Part shown: positions 40,032 to 54,190 of the stretch, piece by piece
How the letters are laid out: each line of letters starts with the position of its first letter
Position numbering within the stretch: position 1 is the first letter of the stretch
Source: Narcine bancroftii
Taxonomy: Eukaryota
Length of the DNA: 64,000 nucleotides
NCBI RefSeq assembly: GCF_036971445.1
Contig: NC_091470.1
Location: 251,906,001 to 251,970,000, forward strand
Direction: 5' to 3'
Notes under the pieces: generated by a model
Databases searched by the model: none
The model's input: only the letters and a program-made list of their open reading frames with translations
What the model was told of the DNA's origin: nothing
Made by a program: the position numbers and the translations under genes

Positions 40032-40386
40032 AGAAAAGCCTGTTTTTCTTTCTCTCTGCTTGCAAAACCACATGACCTTCCAAGAACAGCAAACTACATT
40101 CAGACAGGCTGCAGCACCAGACCCAATCTTCGAGTCCAAAACAACAATCCATTACTCCACAGCATGTCCAATTAATAACTACTTATGAAGTCCTTATAGG
40201 CAATCTTCATTGTTTTTCCAAAGGCACTCGGAGCCTCGACTGTTTGGCTTGAGCAGAACTCTGGAATTTTAAATAAAATGTGTTTTGAAGTGTTTGTATC
40301 TGTAGGTGACCTAACTAAAAACCCCGCAATCTATCTCCTTTAAAACATAGCTATATACAATATAAAATATAACATAATCTGTCACA
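39360..40386. mobile_element. Solo LTR (about 1 kb) with a 4-bp target-site duplication
   Basis: TG...CA termini, with ACTT at 39356-39359 and 40387-40390. Homologous along its length to 49921-50913. Confidence 0.8.
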
Positions 40387-42362
40387 ACTTGAAGCAGTCA
40401 AACAGGTACTCTTGTAAAACAAACTCCAATAATATACATTAAATTGAAAAGTTAGATAGATAATAAATATTCAGTTTATCTTGGTTAGAATTTCAGGCCA
40501 ACATAATAATAGGGTTAGCATTTGCTATCTAGAATTAATGGAATAAGATAACATGATCCTAACATATAAGATCCTTAACATGATAGATGTTTTTCACCAG
40601 TATGACAGTCACATACAAGGGGAATATACTATAGCTACAAAATATTGGGCTGGTCATTTAAAATTGAGGTGCAGTTCTTCTCACAGAGGCCAGTGAATCT
40701 CTGAGGATGGTAGAGGGCAGCTCATTTGTTATCTTTCAGTAGGAGGTGCATAAATATTTGAAGGATGGAGAAATTGAAGGTTAGGAGGAACTGGCAGATA
40801 AGAGGCCAACATGCATCAGCCATGATCATATTGAGTGGCAGGGTAGGCTTGAGGAGCCTGGAGTGAATTCTGATCCTATTTTCTTGTGGGCACCTGCTAT
40901 CTCCATTGCTACTTCTTTCAAAATCTTGAAATGTCTCACATCAGGTTATACTTTCAGTCCCATTTATTTTTCCACTATTATTTTTTATCATTTGCTCTTT
41001 TTATTCAGCTTTTTATTCACACTGTTAAGAGGTTTCTTCTTCCATGAATGCGAACACAAAAGATTACTTTACTTTCTATATGGCCTCATACCATTTATCC
41101 CAATTCAGTCCTTCAGGGAATCACATGAACTTCTAATATATTTATTTTATAATTTATATTTTAATTTCCCTTGTAAGATTATTGGCATATTTTACTTTTC
41201 CTTTCCTTTATCAATTTCTTGGTACTCCTTTGATGAATACTGAAATTTCCCTGATTCAAAGCCTGACTCTTTTGGTAACTTTATGAACTTTTAAAATCTA
41301 ATTTAATATTACTTTTAACTTCCCTTGTTATCCACTGCTGAACTACTTTATCATGTTGAAATTTGCTTGCCTTATTTGCTATAATCTTGGTAATATATCT
41401 TCAAATACCTGCTATTGTTCTCTAAGAAATATGCCTATTTACCTAGTTTTTTGGTTTATCTTTGGAAATTCTTGCCTCAGAGATTTGAATAGGCTCTTGG
41501 ACCCTGCACCAATTCTGAAGCAGGAGATGATTTTCTCAGTGTATGTTCTCATAAGGAGTCCAGCAATAGGGAGCAGACAGGTCCAACCTCTGTGTCAGAC
41601 AGAATCTTTATTAAAATTTACCTTGTGTAGTCCCAATAATGTGCAATGTGAAAATCATCTCAAGAGATGGCACTATTAACCAAGAAATAGAAGTGAACAT
41701 TCAACTCCATGCACTTGCACAGGGAAGTTAAAACTTTTTCTAATTTCATCAACTGTGTTAAATTGGAACAAAATAAAAACAAACAATATCATACGTGTAA
41801 TGTGCTATAAACCTTTCATTGTAATATTACGATAATTGAAAAGAAACAGGAATGCATTCGGAATGAGCTTTCATTTCATGAAGCTTAGCAGGACAATCAT
41901 GCAAATTTAGGATTTCTGTTCTTGATTCCACACGTTTGAACTATTCAGTATTGTATGTCACAAAACTTGTAGGATCTATTTGTTTTGAAAACTGTTTCCA
42001 AAATATACCATAAAGAATGCAAAATAATCCACAATTCAGCTGATTGATTGGTGAAAGCTTGTATTCATTGGATAATGCAATGTAACAGTTTACAACTGCA
42101 ACATTGATCGTATATCCTGGGGTACAAGTTAAACTTTAATATACCGTGCAGACGTAGATGAATACTTGCTACTGTCTGATGCTGCTCACAGTTCAATACC
42201 AAATAGAGTTCCAGAATTTGACAATATTTGCTGAATTACAGAAAGGACAAGATTTGTAGTTCACCCTGAATTGCCCCAGAACCAAATGGCTTGCTGGATT
42301 ATTTTAAAGTTCATTTGCAAACAGCAGTTGTTACTTCCACTGGACAAGTGGAGGCACTATAC

Positions 42363-43050
42363 CACACATGTCAAACTCAGGCCCGCGGGCCAAATTTGGC
42401 CCGTGATATAATTATATTTGGCCTGCAAGAGCATATCAAATATGTATTAGTGCTGGCGTGCTGGCCCGCTGGCCGCCGCGCCATTATAGCGCATGCACAG
42501 CTAATACTACAAATCCCAGAATGCTTTGCAAATGCGTTGGCGCCGGCCCGTCAGCCCGCTAATCGCCCCCATCTCCTCTGTTTTCTTTCATTAGCATCTC
42601 CGACCTGTCGCCCAACTCACATGTAATAAACCCCTTGCGAAAAATGGCCAAACGAAAGACAGAAAACAGGACCTTTCAAGACAGGTGGGAGACAGACTAT
42701 ATGTTCATCATTTTAAAAGGCAAACCTGTTTGTCATTGAAGCAAGTTGTTATTTTTTTTGACTTGTTGGCTTGTGAAAAAAAAACATTTAAAAGGAGCTT
42801 AAAGGCTATAGAGAAATATTATTTATTGAATATTTTATTTCTCATTTGTTAATGCTTCTTCTGGAAAGAGTTTAACCAAAACTATTATTAAACGTTTATT
42901 TTAATAAGAAAAAGTTTAACATTACATATGTTGAAAGAAGAGAAAACATGCAGATGTTGTTGAAAATTTTCAATAAATATTTAGTTTGGCCCACGACTTA
43001 GTCCAAGTTTTTAATTTTGGCCCTCTGTGAATTTGAGTTTGACACCCCTG
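42363..43050 (+). mobile_element. hAT (Charlie/SPIN-like) non-autonomous DNA transposon
   Basis: Terminal inverted repeats ..TGTCAAACTC / GAGTTTGACACCCCTG and a perfect 8-bp TSD CACTATAC (42355-42362, 43051-43058). Retains the transposase start MAKRKTENRTFQDRWETDYMFIILKGKPVC at about 42644. Confidence 0.9.
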
Positions 43051-44369
43051 CACTATACAGACAGCAAGAAATTCTACAGTATTGCTTATAAGGAAACTTC
43101 CCTTAAAATTAGCATATTTACATATTAATTCCAATGCCTTCAAGCCCACCAAAAAGCACCTTCCAAGCACAATTGACTGAAAGCAATGATTTCCATCAGC
43201 AAATGTCTAACATTCCACTGTTTGAAATTGTAATGCCGTTTAGTGTTTCACAGGCACTGATAAGAGATCATCTCTCTACCTTAAACCCTCTGTTGTGCTT
43301 ACTTTGCTAATTTAGACTTTACAGCAGAAATTATTAAGTAGGACTTTAGAAATGCAAATATCTGGATTAGGTGCAGTGGTGTATCATTCATTAGAAAGGT
43401 GATGAAAAACACTCCTGAGGCTGAATTTTCTGGTACATTAGCCTTTGTGGATTTGTTTGTGATGCACTTTTTGAAACCGCAAAATCTCCACATTGAATCA
43501 TCCAGTAAAGATTTGTGAACCTGATTTTTAAAAAGATCTGGTCTGTTTTTTTCACTGACTTTGCCACAGTTTTTCAAGTGAACTTTAGATGAACTTACCA
43601 AGTAGAGGAATGGAATATTTTCAGTGCTCTGATCCAGGCCAGGTTTTGCAGTATAGACAAACTTCACAGAATTGCTGTAGAAATGGGGCATTGTTTGCTC
43701 CTTGAAACTGGGCTTCATAACATTGCTTTAGCCAATGTTTGGAGAGAATGCCTTCAAGATTTTATGACGGGTTATGACGGCTTCGAACCATATGAGTGTG
43801 AAATACCTTTTTTGGTTGCCACTTGGCACATTGCATTTCAAAGCACGTGAGCCCAACAAGTTTCATATTCATGCAAATTGGCTTTAGTTCCCAGTACACT
43901 TAATTGGCACTTCATAAATGGAGCAGATAATTATCTCCAGAGAAGTAACCGCACCTTGACGTGAAGAATAGATCCTAAGTTATTTCAAATTAGATCCTGT
44001 AGATACTTGATAAACTCCACTTTCTTAAAATTGCCTAATTGTGGCAGACACCAATTCAGAAATGGATTGACTGAAGAAGAGAGAAACACAAAAACTCATT
44101 GCTGGAATATAGAAAAAAATAAAAATGAGAAGCTGGAATGATTCAGTGGGTCAGGCAGCATAGAAATGGTCAGGTCGAGACGAGAGTAGGAAGGGATGAA
44201 ATCCAATAGGTAAGGTGGGGGAGGGAGAAAAGAAGCTAGATGGGCAAGGAGGTGCATCGAAAGTGGGAGAGATGCAGAGACCCCTGGGGGGGGGGTGGGG
44301 GGAGGGTGTTGAAAGAATTGCACTTCTATGACATCATTCAGATTTGGTCAGAATGAGCCAAAGTACTTT

Positions 44370-44700
44370 ACAACTGCAGAAACAGGCCTTTTGGCCCACT
44401 TCATCCATGCTGACCATCAAACACATTGTTACACTCATCCTATTTCTCCTCTGACATTCTCACCAATCTCCAACCACTTTCTGATTCTCCTGAAACTGAG
44501 ACAATGGGCACAATTTTTACAGTCGTAAACTAACCTATTATTTAGCACACCTTTCAAATGCAGGAGGAAAGCGGAATATCTGAAAGCAAGCTACATAGCC
44601 ACTTGTAGGCTTCCCAAACTGCACACAGACTGCTGAGGATCCAACCCAGGCTGCTGAAGCTGAGGGGAAACAGCGTTAACAGCTCGATCACTGTGCCATT
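44370..44700 (-). mobile_element. Decayed tRNA-derived SINE (similar copies at about 13680-13800, 23130-23280, 36910-37160 and 46860-47150)
   Basis: Minus strand begins GGCACAGTG...CAGCAGCCTGGGTTGGATCC (A/B-box-like head) and ends in a CR1-like tail. Confidence 0.5.
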
Positions 44701-47700
44701 CCACATGGTGCTCAATGTGTGCCAAGGAAGCTCCCACAAACATTTTCTGTTTGAGTGATATTGAATGAGAGATAAATACTGATCCAAGATACTGTGATGA
44801 GCTCTACTTGCTTTCATTGAAATCAGGACAAGGAATCTGCATGAGGGAACATAAAGAACCTTGGTTTAGCATTCACTTTGTAAGTTGACATCTCCAACAG
44901 TGTATGTGCTCTTTTGTGCTCATCTCTGGAATAGTTCTTATACTTGTAATGGTCTGATTCAGAAGCAAGAGAGGTTGTTCAGTGACAGCCCGAAGTTATA
45001 AGTCTGTGGCTTCAAACCCCTCTTCAGATTCCTGAAAATTCAAGTGGGGCTGATCAATGAATATTACAATGTTGTAAAATGGAGTGATTGAGGCCTTTAT
45101 ATATTCTCAGGTGTGTATATGTGTATGGAAAATACCTCAGCTTTAACTGAAGATTAAACCAGGAATGTTTTCCAGACCAGATTTTATTTTTTATCCAAAT
45201 TCACCTGACAAGTAGCTTATCAGTTAATTTAACAATTTTATTTTGCTTGCAAATTGGTGACTACGCTTGGTTACATTATCTGCACCTCAGGAAAACATTT
45301 TATTGGTTGCGGATTGATGTTATAGAGTCAGGATAATGTGAACTATTTTGCAACCGCATAAGAATACATCCTTATCACTGTAATAACTGTAGTGCACCAC
45401 TGTGGGGCGTATGTATATGTATATCAGTGTGCGTGAACAGATTCCTGAGTAGGTAAAAATCTCTTCTGTTATTTGAATCTTGCATCTCTAAGTTATTTAA
45501 GAAGCCTCCCAAGTAACAGAGAAATAACAGTTGATATTTTGGGGAGTGTTAATAAGTGGTTAATGGAGTAGGATGCAAGTTTCAGAGCTCCTGTGAACTC
45601 TATTTATAAAGTATAATTAAAAGCCCTCTAGGTAATGCAACTACCATAGTTATGAGTGTTGATTTTGAAGAGTTGAGGTGCCCAACAAACAAATAAAAAC
45701 GCGCAACACCACATAGCTGCCCCAGAGACCTATCTCACAGACAGATCCCTTGATCTTATCTGATCATGTCTCACCAGGCAGTTAATCGCCCTACCAGGAA
45801 GAACAGGAATTAATAGTGATGTGTTAAAACTAGAAGCAATGTCGTAAAGACATCGCAAAAACTATTAAAACTAAGAATTAGGTCTGAGCTACAGGGTGTA
45901 AAACTGCAACTCGTGACCAATAAAGTGTCCATAGATACCAGACTGAAAGAACTTACCATTCGTAAGATAGATGTGTACTGATGACATCTCTTCAACGCAA
46001 AAGAAAATTAAAACTTTTTACACTAATATGATAAAGTTGAAAAAATTAACTTAATTGCTGATTCTTTATTTGCAATAACATTGTAAATTGCTTCACAGAG
46101 GTGCAGTCACAAAAAATAAAAATGCTGAAGCTTCAGAAAAAGATAATAAGAAAGGCAAGTTATAAACATGTTCAGTAAGCTGGATCTGTAACTCAAAGAA
46201 TGGAAATTTCCCAGTAATTGTTTTGGGTTGCATCAGAGATATTGAATTTACAAAGGTCAGATCTTATAGTAAGCTCACCCAGTTTTCAGTTTCATTAATC
46301 TGACCTGCCAGATGCACAGTTACACAGTACAATGGGAATTGAAATGAGCACATTAAAAACATATTTTATTCACTCTTCTGATCATTTTGATCTTTTGCCC
46401 TGCATAAAAGCAGAGGATTCAAAAGAATTTTATAAATGACTGACACTTGGTATACTTGTAATACCACATAAAAGAAGCCCAGCCTTAATGACTAAATGCT
46501 TAGCATACCTTGTTTTCTCAAATGGATAAATTTCAGATTTCAGATTTATTGTACACACATGACATCACATACAACCCTGAGATTCTTTTCCTGTGTGATA
46601 GGCAGAATTACCACTTAATGATATTGCCAAAAAAAACTGTACACAGTGTAAACAAATAAAAGAACTGCTAACAGATAACGAATGTAAACCAACTGACTTT
46701 TTTATTAAGAACAATGGGTGATCTTAAATCCCTCGGTGAAAACACAGCAATAAGTTGTATAGGATTTGATATCACTTCTATTATAGAATAATGTTGTCTT
46801 CATTGCATTTAATTTTTCTTTCCCTCAATTGAAATTATCTGTGGCAGTTGTGGATAGTCCTCTGTGAGATCTGATGCCTCACAATTCCAGTAACCTGGAT
46901 TCACTTCTAAACTCCAGTGCTGTCCATGTGGCATTAGCTATGACCATGTAAGTTTCTTTCAGGTGCTCTCGTTTTCTCTTCCATCCCAAATGGTAATTCT
47001 AAATTTGCCCAAGTGTGTGGGTGAGTGTAGAATCTAGGGGAAGTCAATGGAAATAATGGGAAAATAAAATTGGAATATGTGTGTGATTAGTGTTGGTGTG
47101 TGTTTGATGGCGAGTGTGCATTGAAGAGCCTTTTTCTCCGCTGTATGACCTTCCAAGAGAACAGTCGCTAAATTACTGGGAAGATTTAGGTTCAGAATTT
47201 GCAGTCAGCAAAGAAATAACAACACTGGCTTTAAAAGAATTCTAATAATAATTATAACTTCTCCTTTCCCAGTGCTTTATGCTCTCACTTGTGTCCATCA
47301 GCTCTAATGTCACAAAGATCACTATTCAACAAACAAGGTGTACAGAGAATATTATTAAATGCAATTTAAATTATATTCAGAGTGCTGAATAAAGGTTAGA
47401 ACTTAATTATAAAATAGTGAGAAGATAAATACAATCATATTTTTAGGTGAAAGAATTACAATCCACATCCATAAAATGAGTAACTTCAAACCATGAGCTT
47501 CCTAAGAATAAGTTATTGTTTTGCACACAATTAAACTCTCATGGACCACAGGTAACAAAGTCCAATATTTTCAGGTGACTAGAAGGGCCTAATGGCCTGT
47601 TTCCGTGCTGTAATTGTTATCATTTCATAAATAACTGAAATTCACATGGGTTCAACCATTTGTCCTTCATTGTATTGGAAAATGCTTTCAAAAACTTTGG

Positions 47701-47829
47701 GATTTCTGCATTGGAAATCCAAAAGTTGGCATAAGTTTTCCAGAGTAATGTTGACATGAATGTCACTGCATTTATGTTTATTCATATTTGCTTAGACAGG
47801 GATATAGAAGCATATTTCCATGAAAGTAG

Positions 47830-48300
47830 CTACAATGGTAGACAGAATGACAAAGGCATTTGGCATGCAGGCCTTCACAGGTCAGAGGATTGAGCAAAGA
47901 ATCAGGAATGTCATGTTACAACTGTACAAGACATTAGTGAGAGTACATCTGGAGTTTTCTGCAGCATTCCATATTTTCCAGAGATAGGAAAAATATTATT
48001 AAGCTGGAAAGGGTGCAGAAAAGATTCACAAGAATGCTTCCAGATTGGCAAGTTTGAATTAGAAGGAGAGAATAGAAGGTCTGGGATGTTTCTTCCTGGA
48101 ATTTAGGAGGCTGAGGGTGGACTTTAGAGATGTTTAAACTCGTGAGAAACTTGGATAAGTTAAATTGTTTGGATTATTTTTGCATGGTAGGGTAGTCTAA
48201 AACTAGAGTGAATAGAATTAAGGTAAAAGGAGAAAGGTTTCAAAGGGGCATGAAGTGCACCTTCTTTTACACAGAGAACTGGTTCAGGATATAGAAAGAG
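47830..48300 (+). mobile_element. Old CR1 LINE 3' fragment
   Basis: MLQLYKTLVRVHLE...KLERVQKRFTRML...RRLRVDF motifs. Confidence 0.75.
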
Positions 48301-49920
48301 TAGAAAAGAAACTCTCCATGAATCTGGAGGTTTGTGTATCTTCTGCCCAATGAAAGGTGGTGAGAAGTGAGCATAACGAGGGTGGTTAGGTCTTTTAGTA
48401 TGTTGGATGCTTTCCCGAGTCAGTGGGAGGTATAGACTTGGTGCAGCTTCAACTATTTGTCTGCTTCTTTCATGGTGTAAACATTGGGAAATTTGTCTGA
48501 TTGCAGTGTTAACAGAGAATTCTAAAACATAATTACTCCCTGAAAAGATCATTTAATATCTGTGAGTTGTCCTGGCCTCAACAGCATTTCAAAATTTATC
48601 ATTTTGAACAGTGAAATTAATTTTCATGGTATTTCAACCTCCAATTTGTTCATATTTTTATTTTTCATTCTTTATTTCACATTCAATACCTTTTTTATTA
48701 AATACAAAAATGAAAGGTTTTTACATCCTTGTTTGCTGTCTGTGAACAAAACATCATCACTGGGTGTTGAGTTAGCATAATGGCTTACTGTTGTTGGAAG
48801 CAAGGGAATCCCTTGATAGCCTGTGTCTGAATGGTAATCATGTAAGGAGCAAGGAAAATCAAAGCTGACGAGGCTTTCTAATTTTTATGCCTAGGTTTCA
48901 TTGACATAGCATTGGGTCAAACTGAGATTAAGGAGTGCATAGGGAGCTCATTGAACCTCCTGGGTTCTTGCCAATTCGAAACAAAGTTTATATAAATGCT
49001 TTGGGAAAAGGGTTGACTTCTCATATGTAATACATTGCAAATGTACTGCATGAAAACAGAACTCCTTGGCTGTGAGAGTTGGATTTATAGCCAGGCATTA
49101 TAAATAAAAGGCTGCTGGTTGAAAATTGATACTGTAACTACTGACATCAGTAGCTACTGTATAACAGTAGCCTCAGGGTTTCTGACATCACCAGATCCTT
49201 GTGATTGAGTTACACTGTTTTAATAAACTCAAGTTACTTTATCTCTTTGCATTTTCTGAAAATTATATCTTCATAATCCGCTCAGTCATTGGTTAGATCA
49301 TATAAATTATGTTTCTGTAAATTTCCCTTCTCTGACATTAGATACCTATCATCCTCTTACACCCATGCCAGCACACACCCACTTCCAGTCAATATCTGAT
49401 GTGATAATTAAACTTCCTCAAAGAAAATATGAAAATGTTGGGGGTGGGTGTGTTGCTGGATTGGACAGGAAATGTTCATATTTGTTGCTACCAAATTATA
49501 GGCATTCATTTAAATAAACCATTCAGAAATTCTTGGATTGCAGACACTAAATCAAAACTAGTAAGAACCCTGGCCAAATGTAATTTGAAGCAACAACCTT
49601 CCAGCAAAATCTGAAGCCACAGTTAGGTGGACTCTAAATCAAATTGTGGTGAGTGGCAGAAAGGCAGCTCTGTACCTTCAGGTGCCTTGTCAATAGGGAA
49701 AGGAGCTTGTAGGTTTGGTTCATAACTCTATTTGAAGACCACCATAATACTACTACAAGACCATGAATAGCCATCTGCACTACCACCATTCCTTTCATTG
49801 TGACCAACTGTCAATATTTTTCCTTCTACTTTTTATATTATTATATTTCCCCTATACTTATGAATCATTAAGTATTGTGTTTTGGAGCCATTTGGTAAGC
49901 AAGGAAGACTTTCATTCCAT

Positions 49921-50913
49921 TGTTACAGGCCCAGAGGACCCCAAAACCCCGCAGCAATAGAAATTCACCAAGACAAATGGTTACTTAAACAAAAGTTACT
50001 TTTAATTTTCTTTAAACATAAAAACAGGATCAAACTTTAACTTATTTCTATTAACTTAACCCCCTTCTAATTCTAAGTGCATGTGTATGTAATGTGTATT
50101 AAGTTCAGACAAGTTCTTTGATTCACAGTCCAATCTCACATCTCACTCCTCCAAGTTCACTGGTATCAGGCAATTCTTATACTGTGCACGGAATTTAACG
50201 TATATGAATTTTCACCAAGCTTTGGTGTTTAAAGATATTGGTTACAACTCAGGAATGTTTTTTTTCATTTCAGAGAGGAATTCGTTGCTTGTTGGACACA
50301 CACAAACTGATTCCCTCTGATCAGCCACTTCAGTGTCTTGCTGAAGAAACTTGTCCCATTGAGGTTTTCCAAATTATAACCTCTTCTTCTGCAGATAACC
50401 ACAGAGTTCCATTTGTTTCCCTTGTTTCAGGTGAAACTCTCTAGCCAGTCATTTCCTCTTATATGGACCACAAGGATTTTCAACGGGCTGAACTCAGAAC
50501 TCACAACCTGTCTTCAAAATGGGGTTTCACAAGATTCCAGCTTGTCATGACTGCAAAAAAAAAGTTTGCTCTCTCTCTCTCTGCTTGCAAAACCACACGA
50601 CCTTCTTAGAATAGCAAACTGCATCCAGACAGATTGCAGCACCAGACCCAAACTTCTGAGTCCATTCATCTGTTGCATTCAAAACAATAATCCATTTACA
50701 CCTGCTTTTGAAATTCTTTAGCAAAGCAGTCTCCTTGTTTTATTGTCTTTGCAAAGGCTCTCGGTGCCTGCATGACTCACCTTCAGCAAAACTCTTGCAT
50801 TTTAAATTAGATCTGTTTTGTGACGTGTTTGTACTTGTTTGTGACCTACACTATCCCCACAATCTATCTCCTTCAAAAACATATCTATATGCAATATAAT
50901 ATAATCCATCATG
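49921..50913. mobile_element. Second solo LTR of the same family as 39360-40386
   Basis: Starts TGTTACAGGCCCAGAGGACCCCAAAACC and is colinear with the first copy. Flanks CCAT / GCAT are a degenerate TSD. Confidence 0.75.
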
Positions 50914-51015
50914 GCATCTACATTGAATTTATGTATATAAAAATGAACATAACTGCACCAAATTGACTCCTAATTTCCCTTTCTTCATTTTAATTCTATT
51001 TGCATTTGTACAGAT

Positions 51016-52127
51016 CAGTGGTTTTCAATTTTTTTCTTTCCATTCTCATGCCATCTTGTAATTTTTTGTTTTGAATATTTTATTTATAAATTTTCAAACT
51101 CAAACTCAGTTTCTATAGCATATAAAATTCTCCATTGAGTCTGAGCCTTTCCCCCCTTCCCCACACTCAACAAACCATAGTTATGCACAACATTCAAGAC
51201 ACCCACAACAAAGGCTGGGAACACATCAGGGATTTGTCATGGCCCAATGGCCTGCACCTAGGCTGGAACATTTTTATTGACTTTACTTGATTGGAATGGA
51301 ATGGACCCCCCCCCCCCCACCCCTTCCTCAGTAGAAGGATAGACAGGGGAAGCAGGGTAGCAAGATTTGCAGATCCACTCTATGATTGTATCCTATAAAA
51401 TTTAAATATGTTTGGCAAATTTTTAAGATTTCTTTTCCTTTAAGTTCTAGATAATTTTCTCCAAGGGAAAACAACTTTGCCTTTTTATATTCCAGAGTGT
51501 AATGCCCAAATGAGAGTCAGATTTGCAGGTAACTGCAATGCACTTCCTGGCCATTGCCAATGCAATCATTACAAATTGGATTTGGAATTTGGACAGCTTT
51601 GTCTTAATCCATCATGTTTTCCAACAGGAACAGGTCTGGGTCCTGTGGGAATTCTTTATCTAGGACTTTTATCTAGGACTTGGCCTAGTTCCACCCATAA
51701 GAGTCTCACCTTGGTACATGTCCAGGTTGCATGCACAAAGGTTCCTGTCACAATACCACATCTAAGACATTGGTCTGAAATTTGTGGTTTACACCGTAAG
51801 TAATCTTTATCCCATAGGTGCTCTGTGATTAGCAAGGGATTACTTAAGGTGGTATGTGAGTGGGGGGGAAAGCTCTAAACCCAATAGTTACTGAAATATT
51901 TTGCTTGAGAAAAAATAACATTGGGCCATTTCCTTTGGAGTTATGAAACCATGTACATAATGAGTCAATTAGGTACGATTAAAACAGTGGTTTTCAAACT
52001 TTTTCTTTCTGCTCACATACCACTAATCTCACGTATCTCTAATCCCTTACTAATCACAGAGCACCTATGGCACAGGGATTACTTAAAGTGGTATGTGAGT
52101 GGAAAGAAAAATGTTTGAAAACTATTG
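51016..52127. mobile_element. Dimeric hAT-type MITE interrupted by an L1 3' fragment
   Basis: CAGTGGTTTTCAA termini at 51016 and 51985, TTTGAAAACTATTG end at 52127. The spacer is the reverse complement of that in the copy at 54191-54571. Confidence 0.7.
51062..51797 (-). mobile_element. L1 3' fragment inserted in the MITE
   Basis: Minus-strand DQCLRCGIVTGTFVHATWTC (CCHC), G-rich 3' UTR, AATAAA and an A-rich tail at about 51062-51083. Confidence 0.8.
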
Positions 52128-53593
52128 GTGTAAACCTACTGCATATTTTGCATCTTAAACACTCTTCACTATTTCATCAGTATTTTTCTTTCAGTGTCTT
52201 GAGATGCCTCCTGATGATATCAAAGGAGGCCAGGGAATATTGCTACACAGTACAGTCTTTCCTTTGCTCTATCCTAAATAGAGATTACCTGGCAAACTGT
52301 GGAAACGATTCAAGGATGCACTCAAAGCTTTCTTGAAGAATAGCAGTCCTTCCTCTGCCTCATGGAAAATTTTGGCCCATTCAAGGAGCATTGAGGATGG
52401 AATGGAGAAAGGTAAAGTGCACAGAAACCAGTGTAATTAGCACAAGGGCCACGATATCACCTCACCAACCTTCTCCATCAGCCATCTTTGCACCATCCTG
52501 GAAGAGACTATAGTCCACGTTTCCAGTAGGGACCCTTTATCCAGACTAAACTGGGAAGGAGAGTCGGAAGGGGTTATGAGGGAATTTGGTATTGGTCAGA
52601 AGAAGGTGGGATAGGTACGGAGATTAAGGGAGGGGAGCAGATCACTGTGGGAGAGGGGCAGGAAATGAGAGAAAAACAAGGGCGAGAGCAGGTAAAGATG
52701 GTAACAGTGGAACCAGATAAGAGATATCTCCTCGTTCCTCTCCCAATTAACTGTCAGTTGTTTCTACACATTATCGCTCTGACATTATTCCACATTCCAT
52801 TGGAACATCTTATCTGCCAGCTTCATCACTTTTCCATTGTTTTGGAGTACTTACTTTATTGCCACACTCATCTGCTGCGCCCGTCTGGACTTCACCGGAT
52901 TGTAATGGAAACCGGTCATATTCCCATCTTATCCATTAAGACGATGGACAACCGACCCACTCTTGTATCTTACACCTGTGCACTCTTGCATTTTTGCATG
53001 GCTGTTTGCCTGACTGGTGTCAAACTAGGGCGATATCGGGTCCTTTTAGGCATGTCCAGGTACAGTACACTGTCAGAGATCGGCGGGAATATTGAGTTGC
53101 TTACCATTTCTACTGCCGCAAAGTCAAAATTGATCGCGGCTGTCCATTAATGCGACTGGTCTCAAGCAGTGCTTACCCGCTGCATATTTTGTTTTGAATT
53201 TCAGTCTACTGCAAAACTCTGTGAAATCTTTTGAAGGATGGATCGCAGATCTGTAGGATTCTCTCCCCATCTGCAGGATGAAGGGCTCAGGCCCGAAACG
53301 TTGGTTATCTTTGCTATATAAAGTACACTGTTTAACCTGCTGGGTTTCTCCAGCATTGTGTGTCTGCAGACTTTCGTGTTTTAGTTCTGATAGCACTGTG
53401 GTTTATATATATATATCATTGTTGTCAAGAGTTTGCGTAGCTTCTGCATTGAAACAATAAGTTCACTTTTAAAATATTGGCTATAAATGGGCAAGCAGAA
53501 ATCATTAAAAAAAGTGTAAAAGGAATGGAAGTTGTTGCATTGATCGCATTGATCGTTCGCTGTGGGCGATTCTAACTAGCTTCCGGGCCTTTC

Positions 53594-53607
53594 TCACTAG
53601 AGGGCAC
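53594..53607 (+). promoter_or_regulatory. Candidate CTCF site in a small CpG cluster
   Basis: TCACTAGAGGGCAC matches 13/14 positions of CCACYAGRKGGCRC; adjacent CTTCCGG ETS core. Confidence 0.5.
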
Positions 53608-54190
53608 ACTGTGGTTAAGAAGGAGGTGTTCCGCATGTAGTCAGTAGAAGTTGGGCTGTGTCCGTCTGAGAACGCGAGCGAATGGAAATAGATATTTCAT
53701 AATTCGATGTGGCTGTCACTTCGCTGTTTCTTCACGGCCTAGAAAATAGCAGAACTTAAAATAAAATGGACACGTCCTTTATTATCTCCCAGTCTTAGTG
53801 TCTTCGCCAAAGAGACCCTATATATATATTTTATCTTTCCCCCAGAAAAAGAGCGGTTCTGTCGATTCTTGAATATCGCTATCTTCAGACACTTCACGCA
53901 TATTTTGCTTCCAAGTGGTCACACCTGTGTGTTTTTCACTGGGCTAGATGTGCAGCAGGATGAAGGGAAAGACCCCGTCCATCTATGGAGAAATCGCAGT
54001 TTAACCATCCACCCCCCCCCCCCCCCACCCCCACCTCCTCACCTCGACGTGGAACAAGATCAATCATCCCAGGTTGTTGATACTGGGTTCTTGTTTTTGG
54101 ACGCCTCCTGTTGCACCTTGGTGCTGCAAACTTACCTACATGTAACTGCGCATCTGTGTTTAAAAGTTAGAAACACTGAAAGGTCTAGAT

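Noticed and set aside
43299-43718. 139-aa minus-strand ORF
   Set aside because: No recognisable domain, splice context or partner exons; its length is compatible with chance.
45379-45529. Short TG...CA segment as a solo LTR
   Set aside because: No target-site duplication and no second copy in the window.
39360-50913. One 11.5-kb provirus bounded by the two 1-kb LTRs
   Set aside because: The first LTR has its own TSD, the outer flanks differ, and there is no PBS, gag, pol or env in between.
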